A stretch of 52,756 nucleotides of DNA, taken from IMG/VR virus record IMGVR_UViG_3300018063_000016, positions 1-52,756 of that record, one strand, 5' to 3'. Position 1 is the stretch's first letter, and each line of letters begins with the position of its first letter. Below are positions 38,601-45,585 of this stretch, piece after piece. Below the pieces are notes generated by a model, which was given only the letters and a program-made list of their open reading frames with translations, did not search any database and had not been told where the DNA came from. Source of the DNA: a virus (taxonomy: Duplodnaviria > Caudoviricetes). The position numbers were made by a program, and so were the translations under genes.

Positions 38601-41600
38601 CTCGCGCAAAACCTGTTCCGCCCGCTCAATGCGATCGAGGGCAAATTGGCGCAGGCGCGGGCCGGCATCACGCGCGCGGACGCCGAGCTCGTGCGGCTCA
38701 ACAAGAAGCTCGGCGCCCCCTTCGAGTACACGCAGGAGCTCGTCGAGAAGTACGCCGATCTCAAGCGGCTCGAGGACTCGCTGAAGGACGACGGCGACAC
38801 GGCGAAGAAGGCGGCCGCGGGCGGCGTGCGCGAAAGCGAGGCGATCGAGAAGTGGGCGCGCGAAACGGGCGCGATCACGCCGCCGTTCCGCCGCGACGAC
38901 GAGGACGCCGGGGCCGGGCTCCCGGCCGACGTGCTGCGCAAGCACGTGCGTGCGATAGCAGCACAGTGGGCCAACGCCCCGCGCGTGTACGTCGTGGGCG
39001 GGCTCAACGACGCGATGGTCCCGCAGGCCGTGCGCGACGAGGACAAGCGCCAGCGCGAGGGCAAGGCCAAGGGCGACCCGCAGGCGTTCCAGTTCGGCGG
39101 CGCCGTGTACCTCGTGGCCCCGCAGATCGCGAACACCGACCAGGCCACGCGCGCGCTGCTGCACGAAGTGCTCGGTCACGCCGGGCTGCGCGGCACGTTC
39201 GGCAAGGACTTCGCAGTACTGCTCGACGCTATTGCGAAAATGCGAAAGGCCGACCTCGAGGCCGCAGCGCAGCATTACGGACTCGACCTTGCCAACGAGG
39301 CCGACCGGCGCATCGCTGCCGAGGAAGTGCTCGCCAAGATGGCCGAGACGCAGCCTACGCTCGGGTGGGTGCGCAAGGCGATCGCCGCCATCCGCTCCTG
39401 GCTGCGCAGCGCGGGCTTCAAGCTCGAGCTCACCGACGACGAGATTGTTCGCGAGCTGATCCTGCCGGCGCGTGCGTTCATCGAGCGCGGTACGCAGCGC
39501 CCCGACGCCACCGACACCCCGGCATTCAGCCGCAGCGGCGAGTTCCTCGACACGATGCGCCAGGCCGCCACCAAGCGCGGGCTGTCCAACCTCATCGCCG
39601 ACCTGTTCAACAAGCAGCCCGGCACCTTCAATTGGTGGCATCGGTCGGTGGGAACGCAGTTCCACAAGGCACGCGTGAATGCGGAGTTCCGCCCGGTGTA
39701 CGAGGGCGCGCAGGACTTCATGCACGACACGTCCGCGTTCGCCCAGGACGCGGCCGAGTACGCACCGAGCCTGCTCCCGCAGCTCAAGCAGTTCAGCGAC
39801 ATCTGGCGCCCGATCGCGCTGTCGGCCGCCGACGCCAAGGCGCTCGCGCCGGCGGTGTTCACCGGCACGCTGACCGACACCATCTACGGCGCCGGCGAGC
39901 TGGCCAGCCGCTTCGGGTTGAACGCCAAGCAGATCGGCCAGTACGAGCAGTTCCGCGCCGCGACCGATCGCTCGCTCGACACGCTCGTCGCGAGCGAAGT
40001 CGCGCGCTACCTCGCGGCCGACTCGAGCATCCCGCGCGCCTTCAAGGACATGGTGTCTGACGGCGACGTGGGGCGCTTCAAGGGGCTCGTGACGCTGTAC
40101 CTACAGAACAAGCTCGCCGAGGCCGACGCCGAGCTCGCGCGCGTGCGCCTGGCCAACCGGCGCGAGCTGGCGGCACTGCACGCGCGCCACCGCGAGGAGC
40201 GCGCCGCGGTGCGCGCCGGCGGCATGCTGTCGATCGAGCAGCGCCTCGAGGACGAGCTCGACGCCATGAAGGCGCAGCACGAGCAGGACCTCGGGCAAGC
40301 GCAGGCCGCGCGCGACAAGGCCGAGACGGTGCGCGCCGCGGTGGCCACCAAGTACGAGAAGGTCGACAAGCTGAAACGCGAGGGCTACGCGCCCCTGATG
40401 CGCTTCGGCAAGTACGCGGTGCACGTGACCGAGACGAACGCGGACGGCGAGGAGGAGACGATCCACTTCTCCCTGCACGAAAGCCAGCGCGAGGCCAACG
40501 CCCTGGCGCGCACGCGCCGCGAGCGGCGCACCCCCCGCGAGCACGTCTACCAGAACGAGATGCCGCAGGAGACGTACAAGCTGTTCAACGGGCTCAACCC
40601 GGAGACCGTCGCGCTGTTCGCCGAGCTGTCGGGCATGGAGCAGACCGACGCCATGCAGGAGTACTTGAAGCTCGCGATCGCCAACCGCTCGGCGCTCAAG
40701 CGCCTGATCCACCGCAAGGGCACGCCGGGCTACTCCGAGGACGCGAGCCGCGTGCTGGCCGCGTTCGTGACGTCCAACGCGCGGCAGTCCTCGCTGAACC
40801 TGCACATGCACGGGCTCGACGCGGCGATCGCCGACATGGAAAAGCGCCGCGTCACCGGCGGCGTCATCGACGAGGCGATCAAGCTGCGCGACTACATCAA
40901 GCACCCGCAGGAGGAGGCGCGCCACGTGCGCTCGCTGCTGTTCGTGCAGTACCTGGGCGGCTCGGTCGCGTCGGCGCTCGTGAACATGACGCAGCCGCTG
41001 ACCATGACGTACCCGTACCTCGCGCAGTGGGGCGGCGCGGTGAAGGCCGCGGCGCGCGTTATGCAGGCTACGAAGCAATCCCTGCATAGGCAGACCGGCG
41101 CACTGGGCGACGCACTGCACCGCGCCGAGCGCGACGGCGTCATCCAGCCGCAGGAAATCCACCAGCTGCAGGCCGAGGCAACGCGCGGGCTCGGCAGCAA
41201 CCAGGCCATACGCCGCGTGCTGTTCGCGTGGGGGAGCTTGTTCTCGCTGGCCGAGCAGTTCAACCGCCGCTCGACGTTCATCGCCGCGTGGAACACCGCC
41301 ACCGCCGAGGGCATCGCCAACCCGTTCGACTTCGCCATCGAGGCCGTCGAGCAGACGCAGGGCGTCTACAACAAGGGCAACCGCCCCAACTGGGCGCGCG
41401 GCGCGGTGGGCGCAACGATCTTCACCTTCAAGCAGTTCAGCATCAGCTACGTGGAGTTCCTCAAGCGCCTTCCGCGCAAGCAGCAGATGCTCGCGCTCGG
41501 GGTGCTGATGCTGGCCGCCGGCGTACAGGGCCTGCCCGGCGCCGACGACCTCGACGACCTGCTCGATACGCTGTGGCAGGCGCTCGGCTACGACACCAAC

Positions 41601-42296
41601 ACCAAGCTGGCCAAGCAGCGTTTCCTGACCGAAGTGTTCGGCGCTGGCGGGGCGGACTTCATCCTGCACGGCTTCAGCGCGCTTCCGGGCTTCCCGCTCG
41701 ACGTGAGCGCGCGCATGGGACTGGGCAACCTGATCCCCGGTACCAGCCTGCTGCTCAAGTCGAACATCCGCAAGCAGGACGAAGTACTCGAAGTACTCGG
41801 GCCCGCCGGCGGCATGGCGCGCGACGTGGCGCGGGGCATCAGCGACGGCACCCCGAGCAAGTTCCTGCCCACCGCGTTCCGCAACATGGGCAAGTCGGCC
41901 GACATGATCGACACCGGCTGGTACCGCGACGACCAGGGGCGCAAGGTGCGGCCCACCGACGAGACGGACGCCTTCGTCAAGTTCCTGGGCTTCCAGCCCG
42001 CGCACGTGGCGCGCGAGTCGCGCATGCTGCACCAGGCCGACCAGCAGAAGAACCTCGCCAAGGTCACCGAGGACGAGATTGCCGACAAGTGGGCGCGCGG
42101 GGTGGCCGAGAAGGACGCCGACACGGTGACCGAGGCGCGCAAGCAACTCGCCCAGTGGAACCGCGACAACCCGGGCACGCCCATCCGCATCTCGCCGCGC
42201 CAGATCCGCGGCCGGGTGCAGGACATGAACCGCACGCGTGAGCAAAGGTTCCTGCGCTCTACACCCAAGGAGTTGCGCGGCACAATCCTGCAGTGA
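29601..42296 (+). CDS. giant DarB-like polyvalent virion protein: InPase, N6-adenine MTase, SNF2 helicase, zincin-like peptidase, PLxRFG domain
   Basis: MFDDL repeats; ENPAGS..HYG..GADKDHVDVF..FDEAKVMLG; FEPGHGIG and NPPF; HAVGAGKT, VDEAH, GRILRQGN; HEVLGH..EEVLA; GYAPLMRFG. Confidence 0.92.
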   Translation: MFADLIPGDGEQPSGMFDDLIPGAKAKPAPSSGMFDDLVPAAAEPGFVPTIKRTGGQMLTGVARAIDDITGPNVVTEKIRDTGQGIVDRNPAGITSLGDVVEKPWLTVKESVGQMVPQIAAGVPSRMAGAALGAKIGGQAAGGRGALIGGAIGGLAPIFVQEYGGIRDEQIEGGQESIPRALGGAVAATALERLGPEGRIIFKGLNPVARTGKEIAAQAGRDVLVEGATEGAQSVIEQVSAFKDPLDPASLEETALSSIMGGVGGGVVGGAHAALSSALAPADVSRGTSDTPPPAAPAAPVPPVEPVAPPGDSSSPSSQRSPGDPLRDQALPPAGPLSKAVNIGIEGEAQQADTGAPTPAPISGAMAGVPPAPVPAQGEGDDRGKAADVAPPAPVFVPPQTLPPASIDPDLALDRMRRTNAAYEEIVKERDQAQPPPPPPGPQVADVLDPTGKPFRTPLQARRAGAKQEFPDEWAIAQVDGGYVLRARGVDKGVGDVAGVPAGAGAVRGDDGGRGDGARPLREAPQDLAAAPALPAGVAGEVPAVLEAGADGRVADDPALSAPPAPATIDPAAALVSPVSTPQGPQTDLLGQDGSNPPPSGPITRAVAALPATPATIAGATIAPPATIAPTVDERTPTPAYDFDTTFPTPQFEELARVGRLSVFEGIDDIDMPGALAEWHQDVAQTIGHGQNTARADLDLADAGADATGKKLTPKQIKGLRESARQSIDINRGELDDYAGEFGLDAADAFTRYVAPEIDALEQRAAPAVTLDANAHQAAASPTNGKPEPTRGQIEAGNAELGHDNTTFPGLDLSFENPAGSVREDKANVPPKWRTVMEHHYGFVKGSVGADKDHVDVFAKPGTPEGHAGPVFVVDQQHPDGGFDEAKVMLGFNDEAEARTAYLSNYEPGWQGLQSITPMAFDAFKQWVFDKKATRKPAAQWSGNGREAPNGTSRSEQDADVPSLAEREGSLPQPAQPVLPQLRGPGSAALPGVAGQLSGVPEGSRSSTKSTTYVGPQGERRPLSAGQRAVGDKEGTSAQHAQEPTADVPRKDADTDGLVGGTAPADRDDLQPAAAQGAERGESAQPAAGQVHLQASTTKVRPGGKRTLADRRAEAADQANAEIQAVSAQTAQSAGTALDAQRAAQVAPSSAQVAPSGPIQQVPNEPGVGYVLPSFVTAQQTGGKRTLQDRRDEVKAAQTLPAPSGGLFAEWNGQRHAVESIEDAQRKWDAFRLEAVKQGAGASAVGDGVRVVDAQGKHVANISYNGRAWTPEGKPIEAPNTGIHEVTSTKPEVPDAANEGASTVAATPPTEQTPTPEAPANDPAAAIPAPALDKPLADGRVPEGVRELDPVRGAASPRDEPGRADDRNLRGSGQRADASPDAGEQVGDGGRAADVQHGSDGPVAAGVQRLPADTKRGRDFRATPADLERSGSWYDTARRNVDLIDLARKIDAEKRPATPAEQRELAKYVGFGAGEIRNKLFPIPTEYDRQREPQRLVWPSRVYDENWRALAERIDALPREWQETVLQSTQYAHYTSGNIVASIWSGVQRLGFTGGKVFEPGHGIGSFAMLMPDALHKGSKYTGIEFDGPTALISRLLSPQQNMLHDDFTKRRVPKDYFDIAIGNPPFAKTKIVADPEYAKLNLSLHDYFFAKAIDRVRPGGLLVFVTSHYTLDKQTDKARKYLAERADLLGAIRLPQTAFSDNAGTKVVTDVIFLRKRAPGEASAGPAWQGVTKIDTKDGPVGVNEYFAAHPEMVLGQQRLSGHRDDRDRYISGLRSDGEYTVVSYDDSAAELDAKFAKAVEQLPANAYSPLQQDSATVKRETARIDFDPKVKREGVVYLADDGTLMRVKDGTGKALADEVKLSDKDAQWFKGYVGIRELVQQARAAQFVDADWEGALKKLNKAYDAFRKAHGPLLDFRVQVRKSTDDEGNVVETATRVYKNRRLFREDYDAAVVTSLETETEAGDIVKATFLKERTIGKPVTRDVKTIGDALAVSLDETGKLDLDDIGQRLNLTRDDTIEALGNQVYRTPQGQWQLADEYLSGNVVEKLAEAMDAAAADPALERNVEALKAVQPDKLGPSQITVKLGTTWVPAKHVDVFAKVLEAGDVTFDHKTETWQVEGSTSRWKGGTASEYGTALRSPSWILEAVLNSRVIKVEILDSDRKIDRERTEKATTAANEVARKMREKFKSWVWTDTDRAVELVELYNEQFNNIAPRAFDGSHLTLPGVSLRYKLHPHQLRAIWRQIQTGNAYLAHAVGAGKTLEMIAGGMEQKRLGLIRKPMYVVPNHMLEQFANEFMDAYPLANVMVADDENFSKERRKAFVAAATLNAPDAIVITHSAFERIGVKEESVKPIRDAIVGDLHAALHDTGKDERVKRQRLEQQIEQTKQRFDKIVGAGTKDSTTHFEDMGVDFVYVDEAHTFRKLDFTTNQQIKGIDPTGSRRALDLYVKTRLLEARRPGRSMAFASGTAVTNTMGELYTVMRFFAQAELERSGISTFDAWSRQFAESVTALEANAAGVYEPVTRFAKFVNIPELMSRVRMFMDVLNSEHLGALVERPDLEGGKPNLVVVPATLALQRYMRTVLEPRVAASRAFRQRPGHPNPDPMIAIISDGRFASLDPRFFGAEVKADTPTKLTEMGDAVAAEYKATAGNSYQDVDGRDEPVKGSTQMVFYNLGFGQASQTNRGFNARTAFTKRLVEKGIKREHITWFDDADSDAKKEAVFKAMRAGQIRVLIGSAKKMGTGVNVQKRLSMLHYFDAPWYPADIEQPHGRILRQGNQNPVVRINWYTTKGSYDSTMWDMVARKQRFIDQAFAGDKTLRTMEDLSEASLYEQAAALASGDPRAIQLAGLKQDVERLERLQAAHASEQISVKWAVQTEQSHVASHTAEEKKLAAAFKAIGERYVSWDGGKVGSVHYAKHGEFGEALKRAFNRVALERTGDDSKAWTQLGSIEGMPIKMRPYMNNKDKPEGFVVYLDLGPLSEHIFSSDGQLPPDTNTVALAQNLFRPLNAIEGKLAQARAGITRADAELVRLNKKLGAPFEYTQELVEKYADLKRLEDSLKDDGDTAKKAAAGGVRESEAIEKWARETGAITPPFRRDDEDAGAGLPADVLRKHVRAIAAQWANAPRVYVVGGLNDAMVPQAVRDEDKRQREGKAKGDPQAFQFGGAVYLVAPQIANTDQATRALLHEVLGHAGLRGTFGKDFAVLLDAIAKMRKADLEAAAQHYGLDLANEADRRIAAEEVLAKMAETQPTLGWVRKAIAAIRSWLRSAGFKLELTDDEIVRELILPARAFIERGTQRPDATDTPAFSRSGEFLDTMRQAATKRGLSNLIADLFNKQPGTFNWWHRSVGTQFHKARVNAEFRPVYEGAQDFMHDTSAFAQDAAEYAPSLLPQLKQFSDIWRPIALSAADAKALAPAVFTGTLTDTIYGAGELASRFGLNAKQIGQYEQFRAATDRSLDTLVASEVARYLAADSSIPRAFKDMVSDGDVGRFKGLVTLYLQNKLAEADAELARVRLANRRELAALHARHREERAAVRAGGMLSIEQRLEDELDAMKAQHEQDLGQAQAARDKAETVRAAVATKYEKVDKLKREGYAPLMRFGKYAVHVTETNADGEEETIHFSLHESQREANALARTRRERRTPREHVYQNEMPQETYKLFNGLNPETVALFAELSGMEQTDAMQEYLKLAIANRSALKRLIHRKGTPGYSEDASRVLAAFVTSNARQSSLNLHMHGLDAAIADMEKRRVTGGVIDEAIKLRDYIKHPQEEARHVRSLLFVQYLGGSVASALVNMTQPLTMTYPYLAQWGGAVKAAARVMQATKQSLHRQTGALGDALHRAERDGVIQPQEIHQLQAEATRGLGSNQAIRRVLFAWGSLFSLAEQFNRRSTFIAAWNTATAEGIANPFDFAIEAVEQTQGVYNKGNRPNWARGAVGATIFTFKQFSISYVEFLKRLPRKQQMLALGVLMLAAGVQGLPGADDLDDLLDTLWQALGYDTNTKLAKQRFLTEVFGAGGADFILHGFSALPGFPLDVSARMGLGNLIPGTSLLLKSNIRKQDEVLEVLGPAGGMARDVARGISDGTPSKFLPTAFRNMGKSADMIDTGWYRDDQGRKVRPTDETDAFVKFLGFQPAHVARESRMLHQADQQKNLAKVTEDEIADKWARGVAEKDADTVTEARKQLAQWNRDNPGTPIRISPRQIRGRVQDMNRTREQRFLRSTPKELRGTILQ
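30445..30468. promoter_or_regulatory. parS-like palindrome
   Basis: CCGACGTTTCACGGGGAACGTCGG; core resembles GTTTCACGTG(A/G)AAC. Confidence 0.4.
31087..31281 (+). CDS. nested 64-aa protein in the +1 frame of the giant gene
   Basis: AAGGGAG SD; almost all codons end in G/C while host-frame GC3 collapses. Confidence 0.65.
   Translation: MLLVCLQELVQYEAMTEDEAMVLDHFARLPRTSPQRRRCPLELLVKFQQCWKLAQMDELLMTRH
32431..32925 (+). CDS. nested HNH homing endonuclease in the +1 frame of the giant gene
   Basis: GGAG SD; HGLSKTPMYRLW..RC..NYGGRGVQLCPEW..TLDRRENDGHYQPGNVRWAT..QAHN. Confidence 0.85.
   Translation: MAGKPRTERHGLSKTPMYRLWQNVKDRCLNPRNPYFHNYGGRGVQLCPEWRDSFLAFQKAVGPRPSPRHTLDRRENDGHYQPGNVRWATRKEQAHNMRKNRLLTFQGRTQTLTAWSEELRLPTATIYNRLQRKGLSVEKALSLPRGKYTYRHRQPKFAPAASAP
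33562..33930 (+). CDS. nested TnpV-like helical protein in the +1 frame (alternative start 33451)
   Basis: AGAGG SD; GC3-rich; RWLTDVYPKEY..SEALQARATSLDEQMIETFE..QVCSDYL resembles the TnpV pattern. Confidence 0.65.
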   Translation: MIPPLQSLRLRSISRWLTDVYPKEYASSTQSEALQARATSLDEQMIETFEEADSALMHRLMRANKWGTEEGLQTYNTDRMVLWQQVCSDYLPTPSEDETSEPPPPTSSEAEAGTTPPDATST

Positions 42297-42487
42297 TCGG
42301 CACCCTCGCCATCGTTGCAGGCTACGCGTGGCTCATCGTCAGCTACGGATGGACCGGCGCCGGCCTGGCTGCCTCGCACGCGGTCATGCTGCTCGTCATC
42401 ATGTGGGCCTGCCACCATGGAAATCGGGATCGACTTCAGCGCCGGCGACGATCAGACCGTGATATGGATCAGCGGCGCCCGCCGTAG
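42293..42487 (+). CDS. small membrane protein
   Basis: GTGA overlap with the giant gene stop; two hydrophobic segments. Confidence 0.45.
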   Translation: MIGTLAIVAGYAWLIVSYGWTGAGLAASHAVMLLVIMWACHHGNRDRLQRRRRSDRDMDQRRPP

Positions 42488-42905
42488 CGGCCGCACCCAC
42501 TTCGTGAACACGCTCGCCAACTCGACGACGATCCGCACCGGCGACGCGCTGAAGGCGATCCTGAAGGTGCAGGCCGACCTCGCGCCTCGGATGTTCTTGG
42601 GCGGCCCGGTGCACTCGTGGATGGGCGTCAGCTTGCGCGAAAGCCTGCTCGCGGTGAAGGCCGTGCCGGCGCGCATCCACAAAAAACGTCGTTGGGACCG
42701 CTCAGGTGGCTACCATGCGCGCGTGCAAAAGAAGTGGCGCAAGCGCTTCGGCACTGTCGACGAGCCCTGCGTCTACAAGCTCGACATGGGCATGCTCGGC
42801 GGCCGCGGCCCGATGTTCGTGATCCACCCGGCACTGATGGACCGCCTTCGCGCGGGAGGCGTGAAGTTCCCGACCTCACGTGACCTGAGTGGAGACTTCC
42901 GATGA
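42417..42905 (+). CDS. hypothetical phage protein
   Basis: EIGIDFSAGDD start; RVQKKWRKRFG motif; ATGA coupled to the next gene. Confidence 0.6.
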   Translation: MEIGIDFSAGDDQTVIWISGARRSGRTHFVNTLANSTTIRTGDALKAILKVQADLAPRMFLGGPVHSWMGVSLRESLLAVKAVPARIHKKRRWDRSGGYHARVQKKWRKRFGTVDEPCVYKLDMGMLGGRGPMFVIHPALMDRLRAGGVKFPTSRDLSGDFR

Positions 42906-43270
42906 CCGAGCAGGAGCAAGAAGACCTCATCCAAGCGGCCAAGCTGACCGCCCCGCGCCTGACGCCCACCGACATCTACGCGACGATCGTCGACGAGCAG
43001 TACTACGTGTTTCCACGTACCGCGCACACGGTGTGCTGCCTGATCTTGCGCAACGGGTTCACCGTGATCGGCGAAAGCGCGTGCGCTTCGCATCAGAACT
43101 TCAACCCCGACATCGGTCGCAAGATCGCCTTCGAGCACGCCCGGCAGAAGATTTGGCAGCTCGAGGGCTACCTGCTCGTCGACCGGCTGCACGGCCAGCA
43201 AAGGCTGGCCAACAACGTCTTCACGGACGGGCGCTCGGCCGCTGCCTTCAAGTCGGGCCAGGGCGGCTGA
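42902..43270 (+). CDS. Gp49-family phage protein (N4 gp49/Sf6 gp66-like)
   Basis: APRLTP..TVCCLILRNGFTVIGESACAS..NF..IGRKIA..IWQLEGYLL. Confidence 0.88.
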   Translation: MTEQEQEDLIQAAKLTAPRLTPTDIYATIVDEQYYVFPRTAHTVCCLILRNGFTVIGESACASHQNFNPDIGRKIAFEHARQKIWQLEGYLLVDRLHGQQRLANNVFTDGRSAAAFKSGQGG

Positions 43271-43486
43271 AACGCCTCGTTGCGTGACTTCTGCCCCCGG
43301 CACCATGCCCGGGGGCCGTCAGAATGGCCTTCGCACATGGGCCTTTGCTGGCCCTCAACCGCGAGCGACCGCTAACCCGGACAATTCCGGGGCACGCACG
43401 CCCGCTACCGAACCGTCGATCCCCCGCGAGCTCTGGTTTTCGGTCGCTTGCGGGCGTGCCCTTTCGCCAAGGACCACGATCGATCG

Positions 43487-43612
43487 ATGGATGCCCTGAA
43501 CAGCCTTATCGGCCGCCTCGCGCGCCGGCTGCGCAAGCTGCTGGAAGCGCTCGAGCGCCACTGCGAGCGCCGCAAGCGAGGCGTGCTCGTCTTCCCGCCC
43601 CTGGACTACTGA
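43487..43612 (+). CDS. 41-aa basic amphipathic peptide (not in the ORF track)
   Basis: AAGGA upstream; MDALNSLIGRLARRLRKLLEALERHCERRKRGVLVFPPLDY; ends 3 nt before the holin candidate. Confidence 0.5.
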   Translation: MDALNSLIGRLARRLRKLLEALERHCERRKRGVLVFPPLDY

Positions 43613-43615
43613 CGT

Positions 43616-43945
43616 ATGAGCGTCGACCTCACCATCGCGAACTCGCTGCTTAGCGCGCTGCTGATGGTGGTGGTGGGCGGGGCTGCGCTCAACCCGTGGC
43701 TGGCGCTGAGCGCCGGCATGCGCGTGGGCCTGGCCACCATGGGCGCCGGCTTCGCGATGGGCGCCGCGCCCCTGTTCGACGACCCTGACGTGGGCCTGAT
43801 GGTGGCGTCGCAGCTGCTGACGCACGCGGGCATCGTCATCGTCATCGCCCGCGTGCTGGTGCTCTACATCGAGCCCGTGCACCACGCGCCGCCGGCGTCG
43901 CGCCTGCCCTGGCCGACCACGGTGTGGGGAGGCGACAAGCGATGA
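43616..43945 (+). CDS. putative holin (3 TM)
   Basis: Three hydrophobic segments, upstream of endolysin. Confidence 0.55.
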   Translation: MSVDLTIANSLLSALLMVVVGGAALNPWLALSAGMRVGLATMGAGFAMGAAPLFDDPDVGLMVASQLLTHAGIVIVIARVLVLYIEPVHHAPPASRLPWPTTVWGGDKR

Positions 43946-44283
43946 GCGACGACCTGCGCCACTTGCGCTTCGGCGTGGCCTGGGGCGGACACCACGGCCA
44001 TCTGTGGGGCAACGGCGTGGATTCGTACCTGCGCGATCGCCCGGTCATCCCGGGGCTGATCCCCTTCGCCGAGCTGCGCTACCAGCCCTACATGCACGCG
44101 TGGTCGGTGCTGCGCCGCAATCAGTGGATGGACCTCACGGAGGAGGAGCGCGAGTTCATCGACGTGTGGATCCACAAGGTGACGATGGACCAGCGCGACC
44201 CGCTCAAGCCGTGGGACGGCAACGACCGACGACGACGCCCGCGCAAGGACGCGGACCCGAGCGCTACAGCACTGGCCGCATAA
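43942..44283 (+). CDS. hypothetical protein
   Basis: GGAGG SD, ATGA overlap. Confidence 0.65.
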   Translation: MSDDLRHLRFGVAWGGHHGHLWGNGVDSYLRDRPVIPGLIPFAELRYQPYMHAWSVLRRNQWMDLTEEEREFIDVWIHKVTMDQRDPLKPWDGNDRRRRPRKDADPSATALAA

Positions 44284-44305
44284 AGAACACAAAGGGGGAG
44301 GGGAA

Positions 44306-44935
44306 ATGGTGACGATCCAGACGCTGCTTGCAGCGCACGTAGAGCCGACCATCGCGCGCGTCTTCGCGCCGCTGATGGCAGACATCCTGCCGCGCTTTCA
44401 GATCGACACGCGATCGCGTGTGGCCGCGTTCATCGCGCAGGCGACGCATGAAAGCAATTACCTGTCGCGACTCGAGGAGGGCCTGCGCTACACCACGCCC
44501 GAGCGCGTGCGCGCCATGTTCAGCTCGCGCGTGCCCTCGCTGGCCGAGGCGTCCAAGCTGCTGCGCAACGGGCCGCTGCTGGCCAACACGGTGTACTCCA
44601 ACCGCTACGGCAACGGCGACTTCGCCAGCGGCGACGGGTGGCGCTTTCGCGGCCGCGGCACCTTCCAGTTGACCTTTCGCGCGAACTACCGCGCCGCGGC
44701 CCTGGCGCTCGGCCATCCGTACGAGGAGCAGCCGGAGCTCGTGGCCACGCCGCTGCACGCGGTGCTGACCTCGGCGCACTACTTCGTGTCGCGCGGCTGC
44801 CTGGCGCTCGCGGACGCGGCGCTGATCGACGAAGTGACCCGCAAGATCAACCCGGCCATGGTGGCGGCCAACGAGCGGCGCCAGCACTACGAATCGCTGT
44901 CGCTCGAGCTCGCGACCGAAGGGGCGTTCGCATGA
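44306..44935 (+). CDS. endolysin, glycoside hydrolase family 19
   Basis: AAFIAQATHES, Y.NRYGNG..SGDGWRFRGRG..QLT.R.NY, TRKIN. Confidence 0.92.
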   Translation: MVTIQTLLAAHVEPTIARVFAPLMADILPRFQIDTRSRVAAFIAQATHESNYLSRLEEGLRYTTPERVRAMFSSRVPSLAEASKLLRNGPLLANTVYSNRYGNGDFASGDGWRFRGRGTFQLTFRANYRAAALALGHPYEEQPELVATPLHAVLTSAHYFVSRGCLALADAALIDEVTRKINPAMVAANERRQHYESLSLELATEGAFA

Positions 44936-45294
44936 TCGGCGGCTACGGGCCGCTGATCGCGGTGGTGGCGGTGCTGCTCGGCAGCATCGGCTCGTTCGCC
45001 TACGGCATCAGCACGGGCGAGGACCGCTGCACCGCGCGCGGCACGCGCGACGAGCAGATCCGCCAGCGCACTTTCGAAGACGCACAGAAGGGAACGGCCA
45101 ATGCGATCGCGCAGATCGAAATCAAGCACACCACGATCCACGCGGCCGTCGAGCGCGAGGTTCGGACAAGGGTTGAGTACCGCACTTGCGTGCATGCTCC
45201 TGACGTCGTGCGGGGCATCAATGCCGCGCTCAGCGGACGGCCCGACGCCCCTGATCCTGGCAAGCTGCCCGCGGGAACTACCCCCGCTCGCTGA
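44932..45294 (+). CDS. i-spanin (Rz-like)
   Basis: N-terminal TM, helical periplasmic part, after endolysin. Confidence 0.75.
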   Translation: MIGGYGPLIAVVAVLLGSIGSFAYGISTGEDRCTARGTRDEQIRQRTFEDAQKGTANAIAQIEIKHTTIHAAVEREVRTRVEYRTCVHAPDVVRGINAALSGRPDAPDPGKLPAGTTPAR

Positions 45295-45382
45295 CGACAC
45301 GTTCGGGGGCACGACGCGCGCGCTGCTCGACGTCACCAGGATCTACCACCGCTGCGCGACCGCCGCGCTCGGCAAGCCCTGA
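45173..45382 (+). CDS. o-spanin lipoprotein (Rz1-like), start approximate
   Basis: Overlaps Rz in the +1 frame; lipobox LLTSC; Pro-rich with later Cys residues. Confidence 0.75.
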   Translation: MSTALACMLLTSCGASMPRSADGPTPLILASCPRELPPLADDTFGGTTRALLDVTRIYHRCATAALGKP

Positions 45383-45585
45383 TGCATGGGGAGCGAAACC
45401 TCCACCACTGGGAGTGGCGCGTCATCGATGGCGAGCGTCGACGCGTGCCGATCGCGTTTACGTGCCTGTGCGGCATGCCTGCCTGCTACGGCTATGGTGG
45501 GCGATGGCTGTGCACCGAGTGCTACCTCACCATCGTGCACCGATGCGCGACCGCAGCGCTTGGCGTTGCCCCGGCAGGAAAGTAG
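45382..45585 (+). CDS. small Cys-rich (Zn-finger-like) protein
   Basis: TGATG coupling; CLCG..WLCTEC. Confidence 0.5.
   Translation: MHGERNLHHWEWRVIDGERRRVPIAFTCLCGMPACYGYGGRWLCTECYLTIVHRCATAALGVAPAGK

Noticed and set aside
33828-39725. 1965-aa minus-strand ORF and other long antisense ORFs (e.g. 26994-30416, 9657-11477, 7979-9610, 40101-42245)
   Set aside because: Shadow frames of GC3-rich sense genes; no motifs or SD, and the sense frame carries clear domains
34091-40060. Long same-strand alternative-frame ORFs (34091-35962, 36029-40060)
   Set aside because: Arg/Gly/Ala-rich -1-frame read-through; GC3 bias stays with the giant frame, unlike the three accepted nested genes
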